64,000 nt of DNA from positions 318,618,001 through 318,682,000 of the forward strand of contig OZ024742.1 of the NCBI GenBank assembly GCA_964016885.1. The letters are read 5' to 3'. Numbering within the stretch: the stretch's first letter is position 1; every line of letters begins with the position of its first letter. The position numbers and the translations under genes are program-made. Positions 27,773 to 41,540 of the stretch are shown here, in pieces. The DNA comes from Eledone cirrhosa. Lineage: Eukaryota. The notes under the pieces were generated by a model that ran no database searches, was not told the origin of the DNA, and saw nothing but the letters and a program-made list of their open reading frames with translations.

Positions 27773-28678
27773 ATAAGCACCAACCTCAGAAACACAATTC
27801 GTAACTAGAAAGCTAACTGACGGGTAAGTTTCAAGTGAGCCTGACATGTTGGACCTGATTGTGTGGGTCATCAAGAAATGTTAGCTTGTCCACAGCCATG
27901 TCATCTGTCATCATCATCATATTTAACTAAGGCTACCCCAACAACAACAGTATATATATAGTTAATTGTAAAAAAATCTTGCTGCCCTGTTAACTCCGGA
28001 GATATTCTCTTCACTGAGATACTTTATCTGTAGCAAAATTAATTTGAAAATGGTAAAGACCAAATGTCTTCTGTATATGTATTGTCTTCACCCCCATTTC
28101 TCATCTTATTTTGGTTTTTATAGTTAGCCAGCCATCTTGGAAGAAATAGCTGTTGCAGAGTGCTGTTACCTGTTGTAGTTTTTGAATGGTTATATTAATA
28201 TTGACATTGTGATTACAGGTGAAATTGTTTAGATGCTAATGCTGCTCCACATAAAAATATCCTAGACCACATGGAAAACAGTGCCATCAAAGTTCACTCA
28301 CCAACACACTACATACAAATCACTGCTGTCCTGTTCCTTCACCCTGTCTCTTCTATTGCTACTACAATAGTTGTTTTTAATTTTGGCACAAGGCCAGCAA
28401 TTATCCCAGTGCTTTATTATCCCAGTGCTCAATTATCCTGGTGCTTTATTTTATCAACCCCATAAGCAGAATTGTCAAGACCCAATCCACCTAATAGACT
28501 TTCTTTTTATTTCTCTTCCTCCCTACTCTGTCACCCCTCTCTCTCACACACACTGAACATAGTGTCATCCTTTTCCAGAATTGAAACTCACTGGACTCCT
28601 GGCCCCTCTATGTTCACACCTTCTGCAGGCATCTGGAGGGCCTTTTAAAGGCCATAGATATAACCCCTTTTTCTTGGA

Positions 28679-28894
28679 TTAACCCTTTTGATACCAAATC
28701 ACCAGAAACGTGCTCCTAAGCTGATAATACTTAAAGTGTTTATTATATGTATCTAAAAACCTTCCATCATAATTTAAGCTATGTGCCAAACATTAGCTTG
28801 ATAATGAAAAAGACTGAATCTCTCCAAGTTTTTGATTATTTTCAAAATTATTTGAAAATAATAAACATTAGAAATATGGTAAGGAAAGGGTTAA
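28679..28894. mobile_element. piggyBac-like MITE family A (other copies ~22570-22820, 32996-33250, 36086-36250, 38675-38978, 42820-42980, 43358-43615, 47360-47583, 47853-48080, 48558-48745, 48853-49120, 56272-56420)
   Basis: TTAA-CCCTTT...AAAGGG-TTAA termini; shared AT-rich body ttttgaaaataatcaagaatttggagggatttagtaaaataactttctcattattaagc. Confidence 0.7.
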
Positions 28895-29105
28895 ATAATC
28901 ATACAAAGACAAACACTACCAGCAGTTCTGCATCTGATTCAAAGTTGTTTGATATTTCTTGTGTTTATATATTCTAACATCTATCTATGGTTATAATGTA
29001 TGTATATTTGAAGGTTATTTTGGTTTGTTTTTATTATTACATATACCAGTTTGCATTTTATTTTATTTTTTGTTTATTTGCATTATCAATTTTCATTTTA
29101 TTTAG

Positions 29106-29183
29106 AAACCCACCAGGATTTGCATTTTTGGTTTTCAAATACCCAGAAGATGCTGAGCGTGCTGTAAGAGATCTTGATGGCAG
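29106..29183 (+). CDS. SRSF3/RBP1-like SR protein, RRM exon (RNP1)
   Basis: tttag|A AAC CCA...GGC AG|gtaagg encodes (R)NPPGFAFLVFKYPEDAERAVRDLDGR, the RNPPGFAF signature of the SRSF3/SRSF7 family; 78 bp, phase 2-2. Confidence 0.93.
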
Positions 29184-29525
29184 GTAAGGAGATTCATATT
29201 TCTGTGTTAATGCCTCACTCAGTTTTTGTTGCAAATGTTACATTAGAAATTTACTGTATAAGCTACTCAAATGATAGCAGATTAGCTTCAAGTTACTATA
29301 ATGATTTTGCATGTATTGCAGCCTTGAAGGATGGCTGGGAAATAAACTCAGCCATGACTATTTTATTTTGGTAAAGTGAGAAAGCATGAAGGTATTGGTG
29401 AAGGGTAAAATAATGAAAATTAAGTCTGTTGTGTAGTGAGCACTCTGGAATTGGTGTTTTCTTTGCAAGAAGACTGAGATGCAATATTTTGTTGTTGAAG
29501 TCTTACTGTAGTTGGTTGTTTTCCA

Positions 29526-29750
29526 CCCTTTAGCATTTAAACTGGCCATATCTGGCTAGAATTCTCTCACTTCTTTCTGTTCTGTTCAAACCAGCCATAA
29601 CCAGCCACTCATACTGATATTAATGTAGTGTTCTCAAAATAAATAGTAACATCATCAAAATCTTATAGATTTCATATTATGTAAGATGATTGTGAGGCAA
29701 AACATTTACTGTGAAAATATAATAGAGTAATGTAAATGCTGGAGGGTTAA
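29526..29750. mobile_element. piggyBac-like MITE family B (other copies 30184-30405, inverted, and 46638-46852)
   Basis: ccctttagcattta...taaatgct(a/g)(a/g)aggg-TTAA termini. Confidence 0.7.
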
Positions 29751-29849
29751 ACCCCATGTTTTGAAGAGACATGAAATGGTCTTGAAGTAACTTTTCCTTT
29801 TGGGAACAGTCAACAGAAAGAGAAACACAAACAATGAATTGCATATGAT

Positions 29850-30120
29850 GGCAGGAATAGAGCCAGTGATAAATGTTTTAAAAAGAAATGGAATGAAATG
29901 GTTTGGTCATGTGTTCAGGATGGATGAAAGAGATTGAGTGAGAGGAGTGATGGAAATGAAGTTGAAGGGGAAGACCAAAAGATACATAAAGATGATGGAG
30001 GAAATAAAAACCAATGAGTTAATGAGGGGTATGCTGCTGATAGGATGAAATACAGAAGCTTGTCATAGGGCTCATATTGCTAGCCCCTGTTTTAGCAGGG
30101 AGAATGGCTTTAAAATGGTT
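29850..30120 (+). mobile_element. Highly decayed RTE 3' fragment
   Basis: Encodes KWFGHVFRMDE, with stops nearby. Confidence 0.55.
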
Positions 30121-31104
30121 GTATTGTATCTCATTCAGCTACCACTATGCAAACAGTGGAATGATCTCCTCTTAGTACCTGACTTAACCCATTAGCATTT
30201 ACATAACTCTATATTTACTATTATAGTTTCATGGTAAATGCTTTACCTAACACAAAATTGAATCTATGAGATGTTGCTATCTTTAACATTTATATTTCCA
30301 CAGTAAAGGGTTTATCTCACATAATATTGAATCTTCGAGATTTTGAGAAAAATACCTTAATGTCTGAGCAGCTGGATATGGCCGGCTTAAATGCTAAAGG
30401 GTTAAAATTAAGCCATCATTTGAAAAAACATAAACTCTACAGAATCAACCTACAGAATCATCTGTTTAAAAGTATTCATATTTAAGTTTAAAGCACCGTC
30501 ATAATTTTATTAAATTAAGCATTGCCTTAATATATCATGTAAACAAAAAATTAAATATTTTACTAAATTCCTTTAAATTTTTTATTATCTTCAAGATTAA
30601 CTAGAACTTAAACCTGAATTTCTTTATAAATTTGGTTATGAAAGGCTTAATGAAATAGTATCAGAAAGTAAATGCTCATTTATATTCCTGTTATGGTTTG
30701 TGACCAATCAAAGGAAAGCTAAAACAATGGATGGTTGTAGTAATTGATATATTTTAATAGTTCAATTGTAAAATGTAATGCTTTTTAACCCTTTAAACAG
30801 ATGCTTGAAACCACTTCTGTTAAAGTGTTCAAATTTAAACTTAAATCTTGGACTGAAATCTCATTATTACATGAAAGTTAATGATTTCATTTGTTAAATA
30901 TTTGTCTTTTATTATTTAGTTGAAAGTTACCATATATACTCAGAGATATGTGACAAAAAAAAAAAAAAATGATGGTAAAACAGGGGTTATATTTAAGGTT
31001 AATATTTTGCCGATTATCACCAACTTCAAACTCTATCTATGTAAATAGGGTACTACAATATTTGATTATTTTATAATGAAGCAGTTTTTCTACATTTAAA
31101 ATAT

Positions 31105-31312
31105 TAGTGGATTGGCAGTGATGGTAGAGCGTCGGAGACCATGCTTTGCAGCATGGAGTTACGGCCCTTTACGTTCTGAAATAAAATTCCACTGGGGTTA
31201 GCTTTGACTTTCATCCTTACGAGGTTGATTAAATAAACCATCAGTAATGCACAGGTTGAGTTCCCCCCCCCCCCCGATTGCTGGCCTTGTGCCTATAGTA
31301 GAAACAATTATT
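31105..31312 (+). mobile_element. Deu/Nin-domain tRNA SINE (other copies ~23010-23180 on minus, 50815-51035, 63535-63750, 63787-64000)
   Basis: gtggattggcag head, core tttcatccttacgaggttgat.aaataaa, ctggccttgtgcc and (TTA)n tail. Confidence 0.75.
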
Positions 31313-31621
31313 ATGGGTGTTATTTATAATTTGAAGTTTTTAATACATAAATATCCCCCACACATGTGCATGTCCACACACATGCACATGTGTGCCAACT
31401 GTTTTTCTCTGTGTCTTATACTTTCTTCAATCTTACATTAGTGGCAAGTTAACAAGAATTCGAGAAACTTTATAAAAAGGATGAAATGGTAAAACATCAT
31501 TATGTACAGGAGCTGTGAAACAAAAACCATACACTAATTAACAATTAAGCATTTTTAAAATGACAAGGGGGTGGAGAGCTGTGCTCGAGAAGACTTCTTC
31601 AACATGCAAGCATTGAAAGGC

Positions 31622-32025
31622 ATATATATACACATATATGATGATATATACACATATATGATGATATATACACATCATAAAAATGATGTGTATATATCAT
31701 CATCATTCTTATACACATATATGATGATATATACACATATATGATGATATATACACATCATAAAAATGATGTGTATATATCATCATCATTCTTATACACA
31801 TATATGATGATATATACACATCATAAAAATGATGTGTATATATCATCATCATTCTTATACACATATATGATGATATATACACATATATGATGATATATAC
31901 ACATCATAAAAATGATGTGTATATATCATCATCATTCTTATACACATATATGATGATATATACACATATATGATGATATATACACATCATAAAAATGATG
32001 TGTATATATCATCATCATTCTTATA
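31622..32025. repeat. Minisatellite with 63/82-bp units, each containing a ~19-bp-arm hairpin
   Basis: gatgatatatacacatcat-aaaa-atgatgtgtatatatcatc repeated five times. Confidence 0.9.
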
Positions 32026-32234
32026 TCCACTATCCACACTGTTATGGGCTGGATAAGTTGTTGCGGTCTTAAGACCAGACAAATCAGAGTGACCTCATCT
32101 TGCTCATACATTCCATATTTGGCATAGTTTCTATGGCTAGATGCCCTTCCTAATGTCAACCACCTTACAGAGTGTATAAGGAACATTTTTTCATAGCAGT
32201 AGCATTACCCCTTTACGGAGTGGACTGAGTGTGT

Positions 32235-32547
32235 TTTATCACGACACCAGCACTACCACTTGACAAGGTTTGGCTGGGTACATTTTATCATGACACCAGC
32301 ACTACCACTTGACAAGGTTTGGCTGGGTACATTTTATCATGACACCAGCACTACCACTTGACAAGGTTTGGCTGGGTACATTTTATCATGACACCAGCAC
32401 TACCACTTGACAAGGTTTGGCTGGGTACATTTTATCATGACACCAGCACTACCACTTGACAAGGTTTGGCTGGGTACATTTTATCATGACACCAGCACTA
32501 CCACTTGACAAGGTTTGGCTGGGTACATTTTATCGTGGCACCAGCAC
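32235..32547. repeat. 49-bp minisatellite, ~6 near-identical copies, inside an RTE-tailed SINE on the minus strand
   Basis: Unit cattttatcatgacaccagcactaccacttgacaaggtttggctgggta. Confidence 0.93.
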
Positions 32548-35050
32548 CAAAGCGGTTGTCACATGCTTGTCCAAACTAAAGAGTCCTCAGACCCTATATT
32601 GTTGCCACTCAATCGGCAAATGCTATAGCCTCTGGTCTTTCACCATGTTTACTTTTAACGATGCATTGCTTTTTCTAGTGTATGAGTCTTTTTTATGATT
32701 ATCGTTAGTCTGCTCTGCCCTTTGTCATCTTTGTGAGCCTCAGTTGTTTTAAGATCATTCTTCACAGTCTTGAAACTGCAAATTTGTATTGTAGATGTTA
32801 GATATATAAATACTTGTCTGGTAGTCCCATTGCTAACAAGATTTGGAGTTGAAATAAAGTAGGTCACAATTACTTAACTAGTTTAGCACTCTACCATTCC
32901 TGCTACCCACCACCTTCTGTATGTTTTAAATTAACTGGCAAATCACAGCAAACAGGAAATCTTAGAATTAATTAACAACTGGCCATCTAAGTTATTTAAC
33001 CCTTTTGTTATCATATTTCTCATCAAATGTACTGCCTATGATTTTCAATCAATTTTGAATATAATCAAGAGTTTGGAAGGATTTAGAATTATAACTAACT
33101 TTCTCGTTATTAAGTTGGTGTTTAGAACATAAAAAAGTTTCTTTCGTAGAAGGTTTAAATTTAAATAGAAAGTTTACATATTTACATATTAACACTTTAA
33201 AATAAACCATAGATAACAAAAGGATTAAGAAATGCTTCAGGTTTACCAAGTTGGAACCCTTCTTGAAACATCCTGACGAGAATCACCTAGTGAGGTTGTT
33301 GAAAGCCATAAAACATTTTAAGATGAATAAACCTATGTCCCCAATTTCCCCAAGCTTTTCAAACCCACTCCATAAAGTGGTTTCCCCTTGGAGTCACAAC
33401 AAAAGTGCCGAGCCCACATTGTAAATTGGTCATGTAGGTGTCACAACAAAAACACCCAGTCCACACTAAAGTGGTCATGTTGGCGACACAACAAAAAGCA
33501 CCCAGCATACACTGTAAATGTGGTTGGAAGGGCATCCAGCTGTAGAAATCAAGCCAAAATCAGTTCTGTGTGAGCAAAACGCAATCATCTGACCTCAGCT
33601 CTCACTATAGGACAGCCCGTCCTACCTACAGACATTAAACGGTGGTGATGATGATGAGGATGATTGGGATGACAATTAAATGGAAAATATATTCAGCTAT
33701 GCTGAGTTAATTCTTGAAGTTTCTGTTTGTCAGCTGCAAAAACACTAAAGTAAACATTTGTAAAATTTATAAAATTAAAAAAAAATAATTTCAATAAGAT
33801 GTTCCCCTTGTCATAAGGTGCTACCTACGTTTTACAGAAATAATTACAAATATACATATTCAGTGAAACGTTAGTAAATATAGAAGCAACAGCTGTGAAA
33901 ACAAGGTGTTGGAGAAGGATATTTTGAGGAATATTGTATAATATTTCTATCTTAAATAAATACTGGTAAAGTTAATTTGAACTTTTATTTTCACTTTTAA
34001 CACCTTGGCACAAATTGATAATATAACTTAAGGTAAGTAGATATGGTTTTATTGATGGCTATTGACTTGTGTCTAGCATTCATATAGAGTTCATAGAAGG
34101 AATTAGTGATAGCACTAGCACAGCGTGATTCAGAATAAAGTTATATGTGGACCCATATACATTTATCTTGATCATTATCATCTTTTTAATGTCCACTTTC
34201 CTTGCTAGCAAGGGTTGGACAGATCTACATAGACGAAGTCAGTTCTGAAGCTGGGCTACTAACCTCACAGACAGTCAGGTCAGGGATCTGCATTTCTCTT
34301 TTGTACAGTCTCATGTTCTACCAAGTGCACAGAAGAAGTTGTCATGTCTTTGACACAGTTGATGGGTCCTCCTAACCATTTATTTGGCAAGCTTTCTATA
34401 GCTGGATGCGCTTCCTATCGCCAACTACATCACAGCATGTACTGGTGCATTTATTGTGTAGATCACCAATAATAGGGAGGCTGTCATGTTCTTGTCACAA
34501 CTAATAAGCATATATAGGGTCTCACTGTGATCATATCACAGCTACCTTGGTATTGATGTAAAAACACTCTGTTCAAATATCTATTATATATATAGGTCCA
34601 TATATACCTTTATTCTAAATCACTCTATTAGCACTATCACTAATTAATACTAATCAGTCAAGCTTGTATTATATGTAAATAAGCTTTCAACAAGAATAGT
34701 TTTTTTTTTTCATAGCTTAGTATTTTTGTGTAAATAAGTGACTGCTGATGATGAGTAAATAACTCTGAAATACATATATTCACTAATCTTACACTGATAC
34801 CGAGGTAGCTATGATATGATCACAGCGTAAAATATTACTAAATGTATGCTATAAATATACATATTGTATATGGTTCTATATGTGCCTTTTGGACATATAT
34901 ATTTATGTGTGCAGAGGTACAGTGGCTTTGGGTTATGGTACTGAGCTATTAACATAATAGGCATTCTCTCTCTGATTTGTTAAATTAATGACTTACCATT
35001 TCTTGTTAGCTCAAGATTTACTTAATTTTGCTTGGTTCTGTCTTTCAAAG

Positions 35051-35164
35051 ATGTGTTAGTGGTCGAAGAGTTCGTGTGGAACATGCTCGCCCCTACCAAA
35101 CAAGGAAACCAAGAGGAAATTCAAGACGAAGAGGCATGGGTCATTCTGGAGGTCACTGGCGTCG
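35051..35164 (+). CDS. SR protein exon: end of RRM plus Arg/Gly linker
   Basis: caaag|A TGT...CGT CG|gtatgt encodes (R)CVSGRRVRVEHARPYQTRKPRGNSRRRGMGHSGGHWRR; 114 bp, phase 2-2. Confidence 0.92.
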
Positions 35165-37429
35165 GTATGTATATCCATAGCTTTAAATTCATCCAACATT
35201 CTATTTTTCTTAACCTATATATTTGCTATTGATATAAAAGTATATATGTGTATATATATTCTTCCTTAATATTTATATAAATAGTGTGTGTGTGATAGAT
35301 GTGTATGTATGTGTGTATGTCAGATACAGTTATATTTTGTATAATTACGTGAGTTTTCTAATTAAAGTGATTTAATGAAAATGTACATAAAAATATAGTT
35401 TTACTGACCAAACATAATTTCGTCATCATTAGCTTTCATTCTATTAGTTCGTTAGTGATCTGGGGGTCAAATATATATCATTTTAATAAGAAGTGACTAT
35501 GAGAAATGTTTTTTTTTTATGTTGTATTCAGTTGTTCAGAAAAAGCAAGTAATTTGGCATTTGGCACAATCCTATTTTAAAGTTCTTATTGAATTTGGAT
35601 TTCAAAGGTGGAGAAGCAGATGATATAACATTTATCATACATCTTGCTGCTTCTATGTATAACAGTTTAATATAGCAGTGGTGGTGTGGAGGGACCAGTA
35701 GTAACATGGAGGTTGCTATATAAGGCTTTTATACACCTTCTTATTTCTCATTGTTTCCACGAGTCAAGCATGTAGACTTAACTGTAGCTGATACTGTTTT
35801 ACTACCACTGCAAATGGAGTGCTAGCAATTAGTCATTTAAAAAAAATTATTTACGAGCTATAAAATTGTTGTTTTAAAATTCTGGTGCTGGTTGGCATCT
35901 GAATCTTAGAGAGAACAGCATACATAGACCTCTTAGCCATCTCATCTTTCTAATACCAAACTGGTTGGTGGATTCATCAGTATGTGCCCCAATCCCTCAA
36001 AGTGGTGAAGCTGTAGCTCTGTAAATTATTGTGCTCCTGAAACATGTACCAGTTAAAAGAATTAGTTTTGTGCATAGTATTATGTTAACCTATTAGTTCC
36101 CATATTTCTGTTTAAAAACACTGCATAGGATTTTTGAATAATTTTGAGAATAATCAAGAATTTGGAGGGATTTAGTAATATAACTTTCTCATTATTAAGC
36201 TGCTGTTTGGTGCATAACTTAAAGGTTCTTAGATAAAATTATGATTAAACAGGTCCAATATCCCAATTCAAGAAGGTAGTTTTTGTTCCCCATTCAGCTG
36301 TAATTTAAGTAGTAATTTAAAATATATTGGTCTTGTATGGCAGCAATTTAATTTATAACTTTGACTAAATTGGTATAACAGGTGTTACAAAAATGGTCTT
36401 TCTACTGTTTTTATGAATTATGTATATCTCATTATCTACACTGCTGTTTCTATTATCTCCTTTTGGATTGAAAAGTGTTGCAACTGTTCAAATTTCTCAT
36501 TCATATTAGAGGAGACAGTTTTACCTTCTATAACTTCTACTCCATAAGTAATGTAGTAACTATTATAGAATAATGGTCTGTTGATTTATTAGCAATATTA
36601 ATATTACATATCAACCTAGAAGTCTCTCTATCAATAGACATTGTCTAGATACTGTTCAATTGTTAGCGTGTCCCTATATATTTCATTTTTATTTGAGTTT
36701 AAAGGTGCTCTCAAAATAAGGCCCTATTTTATTTGGATATCTGTAACTAGTTTTGAGGTTAAATTTATATAATTAATAAATGTTGTATAAATGCTTAATT
36801 AACCAGCTGAAGTCATTCTACAAAATCCGTTCCTAACAATTTAAGCTGTCTTTAGCTGGGGTCATGTAAGGGTGTCTGGTTACAAAAACAAGAATTAATA
36901 TTTAATGTAAATAGTGTTTCAATCTGTTTCTGTTAAGTAAGAAGAATGGCATGTATTTGATGTCTGGAAGGTTGGTGGTTTCGAATGGTCAGACTGCTTG
37001 TACTGTATTTTCAACTAACCTTTTTCTAGTTGTATGTAAATTTATGCTATTGAAAGTTCTTGGATAGTTTCATGTTGATGTCAATCCTGATAGCTTTGAG
37101 ACCATCGCAATATCTGTTCCAACTATACTGGATATGTATTTAGCAGTTTGACATAATGCTGTCTGATTTTCAAATCATTTTCAAAATAATTGAATATTTT
37201 GTAACATAACTAACTTTCTATTTGTTTGGAGCATAGCTTAACAAAGATTCATCATATCGTCATTTTATGTCCGCTTTTCCCTGCTTGCAAGGGTGGGATA
37301 GGAACTGATTCTGGCTTGATTTCTACAGCTGGATGCCCTTCCTAACACCAACCTCATTTACAGTGAGTGCTGGGTGATTTTTTGCTGTGGCACCTCCACG
37401 ACCACTTTGCAGTGGAATGATAGTCCCTA

Positions 37430-37575
37430 TCATCTCATTTCTACAGCTGAATAAACTGGAGCAATGTGAAATAAAGTGTCTTGCTCAAGGACACAACACA
37501 TCACCCAGTCTGAGAATTGAACTCACAACCTTTCGATTACAAGGCCAATGCTCTAACCACTAAGCCATGTTCCTC
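37430..37575 (-). mobile_element. tRNA-derived SINE head fused to an RTE-type tail (37253-37400), inserted in a family A MITE
   Basis: gaattgaactcacaacctttcgattac...ctctaaccactaagccatg is an antisense tRNA-like head; ctggatgcccttcctaacaccaacc is shared with the RTE 3' UTR. Confidence 0.65.
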
Positions 37576-40500
37576 CAAAATTATGATGGAAGGCTTTTAG
37601 ATAAATATAAACATTTAAAAATAAAGTTTTTTTTTTATCATAGAACCAGGGTTTCGGGCAGTTTGGTATGAAATGCATTCAAATCTCTTTCATTTCTTCT
37701 CAGGATTTTCTCTGTTGGATATTATAATTGCTTCAAACAGTTTCTTTATAGTTAATGCTGACTTGATATCAAAATTAAATTATCAACAATAAAGAAAAAA
37801 AAAAATGAAGGAACATAGCCTAGTGGTTAAGCTGATGAGCTCACAGTTGTAATGTCGATGTTATGTCATTGAACAAGCTACTTCATTTCACTTTCCTCCA
37901 GTCTACTCAGTACAAGCAACAGTTGAAGGTTAACTTTATGACAGATTAGCATCCCATACAGAGGAAAGTTTTCTACTCTACATAACACCAATGAAACTAG
38001 AATAAGCATTGGGCTGATGAGCCTCTATGCACATGAAAGACTTAGATTTTTTTGGTTAGGATGCAATATTGAATGTTTTGTTTGCAAATAAAAACTTATT
38101 AATGAATGTTTAAGTCAGATGAAATGATTCTTAGAGTTCAGTTCATAAATGTTATGGTAATTGCTTCTTTTTGGAAAAAGGGAAATGTTTTGGAGAGTTG
38201 CTCCCAAGATTTGTGTAGTAGGGTGAAATGGGGGTGTCTTTAACATAGTCTATAATTACATGTTAAGATGTTTTAAGGGACCCTTTCCCAATGTGAGTCC
38301 TTAGATCAGAAAAGGAAAGTGCACCATTTTACTTCTTCATTTTGATAGTAAAAATTAAACTGATCTTTTGTGCTACATGAAACCTCTAACACTAATGAAG
38401 GAAGAACCAGAGATATGGATATGGAGAGTTAGTCCCCATCACCTCCATCAATCAGAATACCATGATGTTTTCCTAGACTTACAGACACTAATGTATATGC
38501 TGATAAAATGCCAACTACACTTTATATCTGTTGCTAATATAGTTTTATTGGCAGATCAAAAGCTATGCTTTAACTGAACAATAATTAGAGTCAGTTTTTA
38601 TATGTAAATGTTTATTAGATTTAGAATCTCTTATCTGGCAATTATTTAGATTAAAAAGGTTACATTATTTTTCTTTAACTCTTTCGTAACTATATTTCTA
38701 ATAAAAGACACTGCCCATGATTTTCAAATAATTTTGAAAATAATCGAGAATTTGGAGGGATTTACTAAAATAACTTTCTTATTATTAAGCTGGTGTTTGG
38801 AACATAACTTAACAAAGGTTATTGCATAAAATTATGATGAAAATTTTTAGATAAACATCCAAATCCAGGACCAAAATTATGATGAAAGGTTTTTAAATTT
38901 AAATATGAACATTTTTAAACAGTTTTTGTATCATAAAACCTGGGGCAGTTTCAAGTAGGTTTGGGTCAAAATGGTTAAGCAGCTTTTTATCATTTCTATT
39001 TGCTGAGAATGGGATGTTTGATTGTTTACTCTATATCCTTAATGTTTTCAGTTTTTGTGTTTAGTGAATAACAGTATGTTTTAGTAATAGTATAATTTAA
39101 CTTAAATGTTTTTTGTTCTGATGTTAAGCTAAATTACTTGGCTTATAAGATATTTAAAATAGTGTTTTCTGCAGTATCTTTTTCAGGATAGTTTTAAGGA
39201 ATTTTAATACTAATTTTATACGTGTTATCACAATTTAATTATGTAAATTCAGCAGAAAGTGGGTGGAATTGGTGGGAAGAACTTCTCTGTGGGCATATAG
39301 TTGTCAGAAAAGTTTCTTTTTCTGTTGTTAGATTGTTTATCATATTTGACTATAATTCTCAATATCCATTAGAAATTTCAGCTGTTACAAACTTGTGTAC
39401 GAAAGTCAGTTCCACTAGTAGTATCCTAGATTTTAAAATCCACTCCCCCAGGGCTTCTGGTCCTTCCCATACATTGTCAAATTACTTTATCACAAGTCTA
39501 TCTATATTCTTTGATTAGTAATCTATACACTTTTTATTGCAGGTACTGCTCTGATTTGAGAAATAACACATGCTAAAAAAATAATTTTGTTTTATTTGAT
39601 TGTTAAATGAATACATTGTAATTTTTTTGTTTGAAAAAATTTTTTTTTAAATTTATTTATCGAAAGTGAAGCATTAAGTACAGTGAATTCCAACTATATT
39701 ATATCTAGATTTTGTTACACTGGTTGCATGGATTCTTCCCACCCTTCTAACACTCTCTACTGAAGATTGTTCTCTTTTTTGGTTATAAACAAGGGCAGAA
39801 ACACTTGCAAGAGGGTAGATAGGTGGGTAGGTTCTTTGAAAACCTTCTGCTGTTCAGCTCTCCTGAGAGTTTCTTACCATTAGTATCTCTATTGTTACAA
39901 TTGTTGTAAGAATGTCATTAACTGTATATAGGTAGTGGTTTAATGTGCTGCAGTTATACAGGTAGGGAAGAGTTGTAAAGTTTAGCTGGGATAGAAATAT
40001 TTGCATATAAAACATGAATCTAGACTTGAAAAGTACTCAAGTGCTTTTTGTTTAGCTTCATGTCAACATTAATATTAATTGAACAAATCTATAATCAAAA
40101 GCATTTCAGCTGTGACCATTCCATTTTAGGACTACATTATCTTATGAATGAAGATTCAACATGGTCAAATGGTTAAGAAATTTGTTTCACAATCACAAGA
40201 TACCAGGTTTTGTCTCACTGTGTAGCATCTTGGGCATGTGCCATTGGGTTGATCCAAGCCTTGTGAGTGAAATTGGGTAGGCAGAAACTATTTGGAAGCC
40301 TGTTGGTAGGACTTTTTCTGTAATTCAAAAAGCCATCCATGTCATTCTGTGTCATGCTGAATCTCCTTAAGAATTACATTAAGTATTCATTTATCTGTGG
40401 AATATTCAGCCACTTGCCTGTTAATCTCATGAACAGGCTGTGTCAGTGATCAAACAACTGGAACAATCACCATTATCAAAACTTTGTATTTGAATCATTG

Positions 40501-40989
40501 AATAAAGAATTTTGGGAGATTTACTAAAATTATTTCATTATTAAGATGGTATTTGTTATGTAATTTAACAGGAGGTTCTTACATCAAATTATGTTTTAGG
40601 GTTCAATTGGAACCCTTTAAAATGGGTGGTTTTGTTTCATAGAACTAGAGCTGGTTTTTTGTGTGGGTTGGTATCAAAAGGGCTTATTAAAATAGATATC
40701 ACAATTATATTGCTCTCGCCATCTAATTTGGTTTTTGGGTAATTTAGCAGGGAAGTACTCTTGAAAGATGTTTATAACCAAAGAAATTATTTTCACCCCC
40801 TAATTGTAGAATATTCTGTTCAGACTATTCAGAAGTTGTCCATTTTGACTAAAACTAATTTGTCATGATCCATGCAGCTAGTGTATTATATAGTATTTCT
40901 GTCGTCAGCTGGTGGTTAAGTGACCACCTTTATGACATCCATGGATTTAGGTTTTGCTTTGCCATTTACTTGATATGCTTGTATGCCCA

Positions 40990-41540
40990 TGTTTGTCTAG
41001 GGATCAGTCATACAGTCGTGCGTCCTCACTGTGCTACGGCGCTCCTCCTACTGCGTCACACGTCTCCTCCGCACACTATCTACCACCAGATACTTCTGCT
41101 ACACACCAATCATAGTCAGCCGCATGATCTGCGTCTTCGATCTGGCATTCCATTGTCTCCAAACAGTACTACTCCATTCCTGGACGACCTACTGCGTCTC
41201 ACTTTCCACCGAGTTACAAACTCAGTGTCGCTGAGTGACTAACCCCTGCTCTCTGCGGAGACTACCAAAGACACCAAATGCTACAGTTGTCAGTCGTCTG
41301 TACTTGTTAACCTAGACCAATTGTAACGGCTCTCCGAAGACTAGACTCCACATCTACATCTGACCAAATCCAATTCTACATCTGTCAGCAGATTACTACT
41401 ACTACTACTACTACTACAACAACCGTACTCATTAACCTAGACCAATTCTTTCGAACCAGCCCTCGATCGAGGAGTCCGAAGGCCATCAACCCTAGCCCTC
41501 TCCTCTCATACCAACATGTGTAGGTACAACACATGGCACC
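40990..41540 (+). mobile_element. Possible LTR remnant followed by a PBS-like TGG
   Basis: GC/CpG-rich island beginning tgtttgtcta and ending taggtacaaca (imperfect terminal inversion), then ca-TGGCACC. No gag/pol seen. Confidence 0.3.

Noticed and set aside
32235-32547. Regular repeat resembling a CRISPR array
   Set aside because: Units are contiguous and near-identical with no unique spacers; the context is eukaryotic and there are no cas genes.
33269-33325. CTGACGA...GAAA hammerhead candidate
   Set aside because: Stems I and III do not align with an NUH site; too degenerate to support.
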